From Octopus vulgaris (lineage: Eukaryota), in NCBI GenBank assembly GCA_951406725.2, contig OX597836.1, forward strand, positions 9,672,001-9,736,000: 64,000 bases of DNA, read 5' to 3'. The notes under the pieces were generated by a model, which worked only from the letters and a program-made list of their open reading frames with translations, searched no databases and was not told the origin of the DNA. The first letter of the stretch is position 1, and every line of letters begins with the position of its first letter. The translations under genes were made by a program, and so were the position numbers. Positions 35,553-47,449 of this stretch are shown here, piece after piece.

Positions 35553-36475
35553 AGCTGACAGAAAAGTGAGTGGTTGATCAAGATATTTACTCGTTAATTG
35601 GTCATTAAATCCTATTTTCCAAGCAAAATCAATTCAGACGTAGTGTAAGTTTGTAACAAACTTAAAAGGAGACTGAACGGCGGCTCTAAAATGTTAAGGT
35701 AAGCAGAATGTTATCCACAGACATTAATTAAAGACCAGAACATGAAAAATTATGAAGAAACTAAAGAATGCGGTGTAGTCGACTATTTTACCCTTTCTAA
35801 ATAATACCGGTAACATTAGATTAAAGGTTCTTAATACCATATAATGCCATCAGAAACACCTTTAATTATATTAATTTGTCCCTCCAAGTGTATCCAACCC
35901 ACGGTAAATAAATAAATTTTAAAAGAAAACATTACCCAGGGGCTAAAAGTGAAGGAAATCGGCGTAATTAAAATCGGGGATAGTAATACCGGTAAATGTT
36001 AAAAGTAAACATGTCCTTCCCGAAACGAAGAAGTTGATATTTCAAAATAGATAAATCATTCACTTCAGTTCAAACGAATTTATTTAGTTTTGACTTGTGA
36101 TTAGAACGATCTTCCGATTTTTAGGGATTCCGATTACATGAAGCAAATTTCACAGTTAATTTTTTGGTCCCCCCCCCCTCGTACAACGCTTATAAAGTAA
36201 AATTTTGAGAAAATGGAATATCTTAAAAGAAGTGCTGAAGTTTATAGTTAAGGCTTTTCAACATATTTAAGAAATACAATTCAAATTTATTGAGTCTGAG
36301 CATCGACCATACTACATACTGCGTGTAGGATTTACTAGTTTCGAAGCGTTCATTTTATTCGTTTCATTAGCTCAAGAAAGCCTAGTACTTATCGTAATAT
36401 CTGTTTTGCCGAACCACTAGCTGACGGGGACGCAAACACACTGACACCGGTTGTCAAGCAGTGATGAGGGGACAA

Positions 36476-36507
<32 letters not shown>

Positions 36508-36573
36508 TAACGAAGATCAGGAGGACGGAGATTTGCACATCTAAATTTTACAATATAGTAATTTAATTACATA

Positions 36574-37861
36574 CTAGCAGTATCGCCCGGCGTTGCTCGG
36601 GTTTGTAAGGGAAATAACTATATAAGCATTTTTAGAGAGTTATAGCCAAAAATTAGCAAAAAAATGCATTAAAAATGGAAAAAAAGATGGTAAATTTTTT
36701 TTTAAATCGTAGACTCATCGTAGATATTTTTAGAGAGTTACTTCCCTTATATAATAGCGAAAAAATGCATTAAAATGGAAAAAAATGATGCTAAATTTTT
36801 TTTTAAATCGTAGACTCATCGTAGATATTTTTAGAGAGTTACTTCCCTTATATAATAGCGAAAAAAATGCATTGAAATGGAAAAAAATGATGGTAAATTT
36901 CTTTTTAAATCGTATCATCGTAGATATTTTAGAGAGTTACTCCATATAATAGCAAAAATGCATTAAAATGGAAAAAAATGATGGTAAATTTTTTAAAATC
37001 GTTGACTCATCGTAGATATTTTTAGAGAGTTACTTCCCTTATATAATAGCGAAAAAATGCATTAAAATGGAAAAAAAGATGGTAAATTTTTTAAAAATCG
37101 TTGATTCATCGTAGACATTTTTAGAAAGTTACTTCCCTTATATAATAGCGAAAAAAATGCATTAAAATGGAAAAAAAGATGGTAATTTTTTTTTAAATCG
37201 TAGACTCATCGTAGATATTTTTAGAGAGTTACTTCCCTTATATAATAGCGAAAAAATGCATTAAAATGGAAAAAAATGATGGTAAATTTTTTTTTAAATC
37301 GTAGACTCATCGTAGATATTTTTAGAGAGTTACTTCCCTTATATAATAGCGAAAAAATGCATTAAAATGGAAAAAAATGATGGTAATTTTTTTAAATCGT
37401 AGACTCATCGTAGATATTTTTAGAGAGTTACTTCCCTTATATAATAGCGAAAAAAATGCATTAAAATGGAAAAAAAGATGGTAATTTTTTTTTAAATCGT
37501 AGACTCATCGTAGATATTTTTAGAGAGTTACTTCCCTTATATAATAGCGAAAAAAATGCATTAAAATGGAAAAAAATGATGGTAATTTTTTTTTAAATCG
37601 TAGACTCATCATAGATATTTTTAGAGAGTTACTTCCCTTATATAATAGCGAAAAAAATGCATTAAAATGGAAAAAAATGATGGTAAATTTTTTTTAAAAT
37701 CGTAGACTCATCGTAGATGCGCGCTAATACCCAGAAGGGCTCGATATGAATCACGACTATAAGATACCCGCTTTTGGTTAAACTGCACCGCAAAACGTGG
37801 GAGTAGTTAGGAATCTAAATCGTAGGAGACAGACACACAACTTCACTTTTATATATAAAGA
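36574..37861 (-). mobile_element. Non-autonomous Helitron with internal tandem array
   Basis: Same family as 30167-30563 in reverse: CTAG at 36574, hairpin cccggcgttgctcggg, TC 5' end at 37861. Confidence 0.88.
36630..37716. repeat. ~100-bp tandem repeat, about 10 full copies plus 1 partial
   Basis: Unit tagatatttttagagagttacttcccttatataatagcg...aaatcgtagactcatcg. Confidence 0.95.
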
Positions 37862-37950
37862 TATGTGTGTGTGAGTGTGTGATAAAACCACTGCATAATA
37901 AAATTTGGATCGGCAAATCTCCGCTCTCCTGATCTCTATATTAAATAAAA

Positions 37951-38314
37951 ATAGTTATGGCCGGTCTTTGGGGATACCCAGGGTTTTACGTCTATAAAGC
38001 GCTTAACTATAGGGGTTTCTTCAAACCCTAATGGTCGGAGGCCGAAAACTTCTCTTCATAGTGGACAGACAAGGAAAACACATCGAAGCTACTTGGACAA
38101 AGGTCTAAGCACAAGTGATTATCTCCCTTACACCGCTCTGCAGTCGCTATACCGGTCTAAGGGAGACAATCCTTTGCTCGTAACCCTTTGTCCTTGCATT
38201 CAACTTAAGACAGGTTATTGGCCACCGACCATTAAGAATCTAAAGAAACGACGTAAAGCTAAGCGCGTTGCAGCCGCGAAACCCATGTTGATCCCATTGG
38301 CTGGCCATAACTAT
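37951..38314. repeat. 364-bp imperfect fold-back (palindromic) element
   Basis: atagttatggcc/ggccataactat termini and many nested complementary blocks up to a central loop near 38135-38150. Confidence 0.8.
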
Positions 38315-38399
38315 ATTTAGTTATTCTAGTGTGCGCTACTATTTAAGAATAGATAGTCGTGACTAGTCGATCCTTACTTTGTGTTTTTGTTTTTCTCTC

Positions 38400-38609
38400 T
38401 TTTACTTGTTTCAGTCATTTGACTGCGGCCATGCTGCAGCACCGCCTTTAGTCGAGCAAATTGACCCCGGGACTTATTCTTTGTAAGCCCAGTACTTATT
38501 CTATCGGTCTCTTTTGCCGAACCGCTATGTGACGGGGACGTAAACACACCAGCATCGGTTGTCAAGCAATGCTAGGGGGACAAACACAGACACACAAACA
38601 CACACACGC

Positions 38610-38646
<37 letters not shown>

Positions 38647-38841
38647 CATACATACATATACACACATATATATATACATATATACGACAGGCTTCTTTCA
38701 GTTTCCGTCTACCAAATCCACTCACAAGGCATTGGTCGGCCCAGGGCTATAGTAGAAGACACTTGCCCAAGATGCCACGCAGTGGGACTGAACCCGGAAC
38801 CATGTGGTTGGTTAGCAAGCTACTTACTACACAGCCACTCC
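38400..38841 (-). mobile_element. Full-length tRNA-derived SINE with internal CA/TA tract
   Basis: Matches the family at 29608-29985. Confidence 0.9.
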
Positions 38842-39005
38842 TTTTATTTACTTTGTTTAAGAAAAATTATTTTGTGTTTTATTTATTTTGCTAGGTTGTC
38901 CTTGTAGGATCGACTAGTCACAACTAGTTAGTGCGAGTGCGCGCACCGGGACTACTCTTTTTAAGTAGTACCATAGTGTGCTTTTTTTTATTTATGATTT
39001 ACCGA

Positions 39006-39066
<61 letters not shown>

Positions 39067-39118
39067 CATACACAAATTCCATTAGGAAGGATAGTTACCT
39101 TATTCTCAAAAATGAACG

Positions 39119-39451
39119 GGTACTATTTAAGAGGAGTGGTCCCGGTGCGCGCACTCGCGTATCCGCGCTAGCTAGTCGTGACTAGTCGATCCAAATATTT
39201 TTTAAAACAAAGTAAATGAAACACAAAATAATTTTTAAACACAGTAAATAAATTTTTTTCTTTAAATAACGCACAACCTGTTTTTTGGTACCCCCATCAT
39301 ACTCTGAAAACGTCGGTTTGCGTTCTTCGAGTAACTTTCAACCGAATTTTTAGGAACATTTGTTATAGGATAGGTAGTCGTTGTAGAATCGACTAGTCAC
39401 GACTAGCTAGCGCGCGTGCGCGCACCGCGACCACTCGTCTTGAATAGTACC
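39119..39451. mobile_element. MITE with ~70-bp CpG-rich TIRs ending GGTACTA / TAGTACC (unclassified)
   Basis: TIR also seen at 32317-32394, 38336-38373, 38908-38972 and 41086-41134. Confidence 0.7.
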
Positions 39452-39836
39452 TATTTCTTTACTGCCCACAAGGGGCTAAACACAGAGGGGACAAACAAGG
39501 ACAGACATAGGTATCAAGTCGATTACATCGATCCCAGTGCGTAACTGGTACTTTATTTATCGACCCCGAAACGTAACGAACTCACAACGTAACGGCAGAC
39601 GAAATACCTATTTCTTCACTACCCACAAGGGGCTAAACACAGAGAGGACAAACAAGGACAGACAAACGGATTAAGTCGATTATATCAACCCCAGTGCGTA
39701 ACTGGTACTTATTTAATCGACCACGAAATGATGAAAGGCAAAGTCGACCTCGACGGAATTTGAACTCACAACGTAACGGCAGACTAAATACCGCTAAGCA
39801 TTTCGCCCGGCGTGCTAACGTTTCTGCCAGCTCGCC
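39452..39836 (-). mobile_element. SINE (gagctggcagaa head) with tandem partial duplicate
   Basis: Consensus body gtcgactttgcctttcatc...aagtaccagttacgcactgggg and tail gccccttgtggg(c/t)ag..aagaaatag. Confidence 0.9.
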
Positions 39837-40131
39837 GATGGACGCATGTTGTAAGGAAGTTGAGTGCGAATGGGGCCGTGCTGGTGTAGCCGGTCTAATC
39901 AAAAGGGAACACTAATAAGCAGAAAAAAGGTGGGGGGAAAAAAAACACCGGCGGGTCCAACACGAACCCGAAAACATAATCACAGAAATTATTATGCGAT
40001 TCTCGATTTCATTGTACCATTCGATTTTTGTTTTCCGATTTCCATTGAGTCATAACTGCCAAACCTAAATGTTTTGTATTGTCCTGTCTCTGTGTGTCAT
40101 TCATTGACAAATGAAGAAACAAGTTATCAAA

Positions 40132-40310
40132 TGCAGCGTGGAAGGTGTTTATAAACCATTTAAGAAACACACAAAAACCGTTAGATTCACTTCAACATTT
40201 AAATTTAATTTGCTAAAATATTTTCGTCGCAAATTAAGTTTAAATGTTGGAGTGAATCTAACGGCTTTTGTGTGTTTCTTAAATGGCTTATAAACACCTT
40301 CCATGTTGCA
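40132..40310. repeat. ~180-bp near-perfect palindrome
   Basis: Arms are complementary around a ~15-nt loop; the ORF track shows mirror peptides on both strands. Confidence 0.92.
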
Positions 40311-40620
40311 ATTGTTTTCGTTCCAGCACACGATCTCAGATCAGGTCACTCGCTATGCAAGTACATCTCCAAAAGAAGTCATCTTAATCTGCAAATAGCT
40401 GGTCATGGGGAGATAACCCATCCTCGCTTGCTGGGCCTTCATTCAATGATGAACTTTTGGTCTTTAATTGGAACCACTTCCCACCTCCAAGTGGTGAAGA
40501 GTTAATGGTGTTCTCGGACCAGAATCTGTCGAGTCGTCCACGAAGCAACGGGTGGAGGCCAAACCATTCGTCACTCTATGACCAGACATCAACTTTTTAA
40601 CCTTAGTGTATATATATATA

Positions 40621-40790
40621 TTTTTGCCCACAGGGGCTAAACAAAGAGGGGACAAACAAAGGGCTTAAGTCGGTTACATCGACCCCAGTGCGTAATTAAG
40701 TACCAGTTACGCACTGGCGTCGATGTAACCGACTTAAGCCCTTTGTCCTTGTTTGTCCCCTCTGTGTTTAGCCTCCTGTGGGCAATAAAA
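40621..40790. repeat. Fold-back made of two inverted SINE 3' halves
   Basis: gcccacaggggctaaac...gcgtaa / ttacgc...gtttagcctcctgtgggc. Confidence 0.85.
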
Positions 40791-41389
40791 AAAAATAGTA
40801 TATATATATATTATATATAGTTGTGTCTGGGGAGAGTCATTCTCTTTTAGTGCCTTATTATTTAACGCATCCACAGGTAAGGTTTCCACTCATTTTTCTT
40901 ATTTATTTTCCCTAAAATTTTCGCCGTTTCTTGCGACCTTTTCAATAATTCTTGACTCTGTCCGTCGCCCGAGCTTAAAACGTTCTTTTTGTTTGTTTGT
41001 GTGCATGTGTGAGGGTCAGTGTGTGCGCGCATACACATGTATGTATGTGTGTGTATGTATGGTACAACAGTGGTTTGAGAGATTCGGTACTACTAGCGAA
41101 CAGTGGTCCCGGTGCGCGCACTCGCGTATCCGCGACAAAGTGGGCGGAGGTAAAGGACATGGACCGAATCCCCTTCCGGTTATTTAAAAAAAAAACAACA
41201 TTTTTTTCTACAGAAACCCAGCTTTTCGACTGCAGAGATTCCGAATCTGCCAAAAAAAAAAAAAAGAAAGAAAGAAAAATCGGCATTTCAAAATTTTAAT
41301 TTTTGTACCATAAACACACACGACATTTGCTGATTTGAAAACAGTCACGGAAAGTCTTCCGCCCTCCCCCCCCCCCCACCAAATTCTCC

Positions 41390-41430
<41 letters not shown>

Positions 41431-42039
41431 CCACAGACCCACGTTTTTTCGGCTACGGAGATTCGAAAAAATGCCAAAGATCGGCATTTAAAAATTTCCC
41501 CCACCTACCACCCCTAAATTCTTCATTTTCGACATTTTTCAGAAATTTTTGTAAGAACACCTGAGACTTAATCATTTCCATATACCCATCTCATTTTCCC
41601 ACCATGCAATGATCTTTCCTCTCTTCATATATTTTATCTTGTTTCATGACTGGAAGCGAGAGGTAAAAATGATGTCAGGTGATAAAGTGTTTATTTGAAT
41701 GTCCCTTTTTTTATCATTTTTTTGGGGGGTGGGGGTATAAGAATGTTAGCGAGAATGGGTGTGTACAAATATGAGATCCTTGGGGAGTCTATCTACTGCC
41801 CAGCAGGTAAACAGAGTCTTGTAATAGCACAGTACCTTTTTAGAGACATTTTCTAAATCAAGGTAAGAGACCCTCACTTGTTGCTATATCAAACGTCGAT
41901 GAAAGAAAATCACCAAAAATAGGGAAAAAAAGAAAATAACTGAAAGTGCTTGAAGCGTAAAATAACGAGGTTCGTATCTTGACTTGGCAGATCACTGCAA
42001 AAAGGAACTCTTTAACCATGAAATGAAACTTGCTGTGTG

Positions 42040-42539
42040 CCGTAAACCTTCGAGTATAGTCCGCCCTTGAGTATAATATGCAGGGGATTTTTAGGGGGCT
42101 GTACCTCTGAAAAACCTAAACTTTGTGTATAATACGCACCCCTTCTCTAACTTGAGTCAAGGAGGTCTATATAACGTCCTTGGTTTGTAAAACTGTATAC
42201 GGTAACGTACTTAATTATTATTACTGTATATATAACATAATGCAAACGTGTAGCTTTTTGTGCATTTTGTTTGCAGAAAATAAAGAAATGACCGTAATAA
42301 CGTTTAATAAATGTTGCTTACTACAAGTTATGGCTTCATTGCTTTCAGGCTTAGCTTAAGGTATTTTCGCACCCGACATCACAAAATGCGTCTGAATAAA
42401 CATTGCTGGACAGCAAATAGAGACTCAGACATTGCTTAGAAAATATTTTTCATTTTTAACCTTGTATATAGTACGCACTAAGGATTTTGACCTTTAAATT
42501 TTTGGGGAAAAAATGCGGATTATACACGAGGATTTACGG
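42040..42539. mobile_element. Tc1/mariner-superfamily (Tc2/pogo-like) MITE
   Basis: TIRs ccgtaaaccttcgagtatagtccgc / gcggattatacacgaggatttacgg followed by TA. Confidence 0.8.
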
Positions 42540-42617
42540 TAATTGAGACATTCTCTACCTTCCTCGCTGGCCAGCAGATAGAATACCCGTGGACTCCAAA
42601 CTCTCACACAACTGTTT

Positions 42618-42852
42618 TTTATTTCTTTACTGCCCACAAGGGGCTAAACATAGAGGGGACAAACAAGGACAGACAAACGGATTAAGTCAATTATATTGAC
42701 CTCAGTGCGTAACTGGTACTTATTTAATCGACCCCGAAAGGATGAAAGGCAAAATCGACCTCGGTGGAATTTGAACTCAGAACGCAGCTGCGGACGAAAT
42801 ACCGCAAAGCATTTCGCCCGGTGTGCTAACGTTTCTGCCAGCTCGCTGCCTT
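42618..42852 (-). mobile_element. SINE (gagctggcagaa head)
   Basis: Full consensus match. Confidence 0.9.
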
Positions 42853-43567
42853 ACACAACTGTTTTTGCCAACCCCTTATGCCTAAAAGAAGATGCTCAAA
42901 ATGTTCACTTTGCCATCTGACATCCCTTCACATCTCACTTCTGGTGCATCATCCCCTAATCTTTCACCCACTGCCTTCACTTGTCACTCATTGTCCACTA
43001 TGCCACACACAAGTTATTTCTTTGTAAATGCAAAAACTGTTTCTCTACATATCTGATCTGTATTTCTTGCAGGCCCAAAGATTTCTGCTCTACATATATC
43101 CATCCATCATCTTGTTTCCGTTGCGACTATCTATGAAGGTGCATAGCTTAGTGGTTAGAGGCCATCAGCTGAAGACCATGAGGTTGTGAATTTGATTCCT
43201 GGCAGAACATTGTGTGCTTGGGCAAGAAGTTTTATTTCACATTACTCCAGTTCACTCACTTGGCAAAAATGAGTTGTAATGGTGCAACAAGTGAGCAGCT
43301 GAGATGTTTCGTTTTTAGAGACTTTTTCTAAATCAAGGTAAGAGACTCATTTGTTGCTACATCAAAATGTGGATGAAAAAAATCACTGTGCCACATTGAA
43401 TATCCCCGAGAACTACGTTAAGGGTACGCATGTCTATGGAGTACTCAGCCACTTGCACGTTAATTTTACGAGCAGACTGTTCCATTGATCGGATCAACTG
43501 GAACCCTCGTCGTCCTAACCGACGGAGTGCCAGTTGCAACTCTACATTATCATTGTTTCTATAGAAA

Positions 43568-43970
43568 TCATCATCATCATCATCATCATTTAACGGCCGC
43601 TTTCCATGCTAGCATGGGTTGGACGAATGACTGAGGGCTGGCAAACCAGATGGCTGCACCAGGCTCCAATCTAATCTGGCGAGGTTTCTACAGCTGGATG
43701 CCCTTCATAACACCTTTGACTGAGGGCTGGCAAACCATATGGCTGCACCAGGCTCCAATCTTGATCTGGCAGAGTTTCTACAGCTGGATGCCCTTCCTAA
43801 CGCCAACCATTCCGAGAGTGTAGTGGGTGCTTTTTACATTCCACTGGCACGAGAGCCTGTTGGGGGGCACTAGGATTCGACCACGTTTGTATGGTGCTTT
43901 TTACATGTCACCAGCATGGGAACCAGTCAGCGGGGGCACCGGCATCAACCACGTTCGGATGGTGCTTTTT
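43568..43970 (-). mobile_element. RTE tail-derived element with internal duplication
   Basis: (CAT)n followed by the family body; 43629-43710 is duplicated at 43718-43800. Confidence 0.85.
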
Positions 43971-44289
43971 GTAGTAAATTTAATGGATGTTTTTCCATTT
44001 GAATCACTTCTACGTCTTCTTGTTTGGTTACCATTTTTCTGATGAAATACTCAGCCTTTCATGAACAATATTGAGCTGCAGTTTCGAGCATTAACAAACA
44101 TGAAATTCTGATGGATGAAGGTTTTAATTTAGCCCACCTTAAACCCTTTTGTTATCGAATTTCCATTGAAATACACTGAATTTGTCTCACTTAATTTTTC
44201 AAATAATAAATTTAGTAAAATAACTTCGGTCTTTTTTGAGCTGGAGTTTGGAACATAAATTAATGGGAAATTTTGTCGGAGGACTAGTT

Positions 44290-44489
44290 TACTCTTTTCA
44301 GTCATTTTACTATGGCCATGCTGGAGCACTGCCTTTTAGTCGAGCAAATCGACCCCTGGACTTATTCTTTGTAAGCCTAGTACTTATTCTATCGGACACT
44401 TTTGCCGAACCGCTAAGTGACGGGGGATGTAAACACACCAGCATCGGTTGTCAAGCGATGTTGGGGGTGACAAACACACACACACACAA

Positions 44490-44557
<68 letters not shown>

Positions 44558-44721
44558 GACGGCTTTCTTTCAGTTTCCATCTACCAAATCCACTCACAAG
44601 GCTTTGGTCGGCCCGCGGCTAATAGTAGAAGACACTTGCCCAAGGTGCCACGCAGTGGGACTGACCCCGGAACCATGTGGTTGGTAAGCAAGCTACTTAC
44701 CACACAGCCACTCCTCTGCCT
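44290..44721 (-). mobile_element. Full-length tRNA-derived SINE
   Basis: Same family as 38400-38841. Confidence 0.9.
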
Positions 44722-44930
44722 AGATCCCTTTAAATGAGGAAGCTTTTATTATTGCTTCAAAGAACAAGGATCAGTTTCATACAAGTCCATATCAAAAGAG
44801 TTAGGATATGTCCTAAGTACAATGATCTCCATTCTACAAATACACATTCATTTTCTGAATTACATTTACGCTATACTTTATTATTTTTGGAGCAATTAAA
44901 GCAAGAAGCTGGTAGAATACTTAGCATATC

Positions 44931-46172
44931 TAAGGCGGCGAGCTGGCAGGAACGTTAGCACGCCGGGCAAAATGCGTAGCCGTATTTCGTCTGCTGTTAC
45001 GTTCTGAGTTCAAATTCCGCCGAGGTTGACTTTGCCTTTCATCCTTTCGGGGTCAATTACATAAGTACCAGTTATGCACTGGGGTCGATATAATTGACTT
45101 AATCCGTTTGTCTGTCCTTGTTTGTCCCCTCTATGTTTTTAGCCCGTTGTGTGTAGTAAAGAAATAGGTATTTCGTCAGCCACTACATTCTGAGTTCAAA
45201 TTCCGCCGAGGTCAACTTTACCTTTCATCCTTTCGGGGTCGATTACCTAAGTACCAGTTATGCACTGAGGTCGATATAATCGACTTAATCTGTTTGTCTG
45301 TCCTTGTTTGTCCTCTCTGTGTTTAGCCCCTTGTGGGTAGTAAAGAAATAGGTATTTCGTCTACTGTTACATTCTGAGTTCAAATTCTGCTGAGGTCGAC
45401 TTTGCCTTTCATCCTTTTGGGGTCAATTACATAAGTACCAGTTACGCACTGGGGTCGATATAATCGACTTAATCCGTTTGTCCCCTCTATGTTTTTAGCC
45501 CGTTGTGGGTAGTAAAGAAATAGGTATTTGGTCTGTCTTTATGTTCTGAGTTCAAATTCTGCCAAGGTCGACTTTACCTTTCATCTTTTCAGGGTCAATA
45601 AATTAAGTACCAGTTACGCATTGGGGGGGGGGGGTCGATGCAATCGACGTAATCCTTTTGTCTGTCCTTGTTTCTCCTCTCTATGTTTAGCCCCTTGTGG
45701 GCAATAGAGAAATAAGAATACTTAGCATACCTAGCGAAATGCTCAGCAGTATTTCGTTTCGTCTGCCACTATGTCCTGAGTTCAAATTCCACTGAGGTTG
45801 ACTTTACCTTTCATCCTTTCGGGTTGACTAGTCCCCTCCCCTCAAATTTCAGGCCTTCTGCTTTTTGTACAAAGGATTATTATTATTATTATTATCATTA
45901 TTATTTAAGGTGGTGAGTTGGCAGAATTGTTAGCATGCCAGATGAAATGCTTAATTGTATTTCGTCTGCCGTTATGTTCCAAAGTAAAATTCTGCTGAGG
46001 TCAACTTTAGCCTTCATCCTTTTGGGGTTGATAAATTAAGTACCAGTGAAATGTTGGGGGAGTCGATGTAATTGATTAGTTCCCTTTCCCCAAATTTCAG
46101 GCCTTGTGCCTTTACTAGAAAGGATTAATATTGAGGCAGCGAGCTGGCAGAATCATTAGCACACTGGATGAA
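44931..46172 (+). repeat. Head-to-tail array of SINE bodies (four ~180-bp units, then further degenerate copies)
   Basis: Repeated gtatttcgtc...gagttcaaattc...aagtaccagtta...aaagaaatag units. Confidence 0.88.
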
Positions 46173-46173
46173 A

Positions 46174-46670
46174 TCATCATCATCGTTTAACGTCCGTTTT
46201 TCCATGCTGGCATGGGTTGGACGGTTCGACCGGGGTCTGGGAAGCCAGGAGGCTGCACCAGGCTCCAGTTTGATCTGGCAGTGTTTCTACAGCTGGATGC
46301 CCTTCCTAATGCCAACCACTCCGAGAGTGTAGTGGGTGCTTTTTATGTGCCACGATTGGTTGGTGCTTTTTACATGCCACCGGCATGGGTATCACAACTA
46401 CAATTTCCATTTGATTTTTATTTTGATGTTGATGTACTTGACTCAATAGGTCTCCTCAAGCACAGCAGGTCACCCTACGATCCAAGGTTAGCACTGCAGG
46501 CCGTCCTGTGAGCCATGAACTCACTTCATTTGTCAGGTCTTCACAGTCACAGCATATCTCAGAGGTCTCGGTCTTTCGTCATTGCCTCTGTGAGGCCCAA
46601 CATGCCACCGACATGGGTATCACAACTACAATAGCCATTTGATTTTTAATTTGATTGATGTACTTGATGC
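46174..46670 (-). mobile_element. 5'-truncated RTE LINE 3' end
   Basis: Homologous to 8091-8820, including the ORF end (tcattgcctctgtgaggcccaac). Confidence 0.85.
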
Positions 46671-46789
46671 TTAGCAGTATTTCATCTACTTGCTATGTTT
46701 TGAGTTCAAATTAAGCCAAGGTCGACTTTACCTGTCATCGTTTTGGGGGTCGATAAATTAAGTACCAGTGAAACACTGGGGTTGATGGA

Positions 46790-47026
46790 CATTTCTATAT
46801 TTAAGAGATGAGGAATTATTTACATTATTTACATTCGACGGATATTTGTCCTCATCTTGTTTGTTCTTAACACAACCTTTCAGCTGGTATATCCTCCAGC
46901 CTTCATCAGGTGTCTTAGGAATGAGAACCCAGGTTCGAAATTTCCCCCAAGACACCTGAAGAAGGCTGGAGGGTATATCAGCCGAAATGTTGTGTTAACA
47001 ACAAACAAGATGAGGACAAATATCTG
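46790..47026. mobile_element. Penelope-type inverted terminal repeat with a hammerhead motif on each arm
   Basis: Arms 46842-46918 / 46948-47025. Minus arm: gacac-CTGATGA-aggctgg..ccagct-GAAA-ggtt-gtgtt. Plus arm: gacac-CTGAAGA-aggctg..cagcc-GAAA-tgtt-gtgtt. Confidence 0.7.
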
Positions 47027-47204
47027 TCAAAGACACTGGGGACCTTCCTCAACCAATGCAGGACCGAGATGGATGGTTTGCGCAGGTTAAAAATGTCTGA
47101 TCAAGCTTGACCAGATGATGACGCTAACATCTGTAGCAGTGAAATTTTTGGTCTACAAAAGCCATGGTTTCTGTATACATGTTATTCTGTTTTTAGAAGA
47201 AGTA

Positions 47205-47426
47205 TTGGGTTGTCCGGAAAGTTCATGCCGATTTTTAAATGAAAGAAGGTCAATAAATACTTCCTATTACATTTTTAATCAACCAAATACAAACCATTTT
47301 GTTGCACAATGCGTTCCCATCTTTCCTTTAACTTGAAAATACCCTCTTCCTAGAATTGAGGTGCCTGGGTGGGTAAGTCGAAAGGTAAGCAACTATAAAT
47401 CGGCACGAACTTTCCGGACAACCCAA
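47205..47426. mobile_element. Mariner MITE
   Basis: TA|ttgggttgtccggaaagttcatgccgattt ... aaatcggcacgaactttccggacaacccaa|TA. Confidence 0.9.
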
Positions 47427-47449
47427 TATAATAGAGACATGCTGCGTCA

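Noticed and set aside
34659-35581. Four ~290-aa ORFs rich in C/V/Y/I or H/T
   Set aside because: Stop-free TA/TG dinucleotide repeat. The same applies to 14556-15594, 50808-51259, 53813-54176 and 56378-57030.
36630-37716. CRISPR-like regular array
   Set aside because: Contiguous tandem units with no unique spacers, inside Helitron termini, in eukaryotic DNA with no cas genes.
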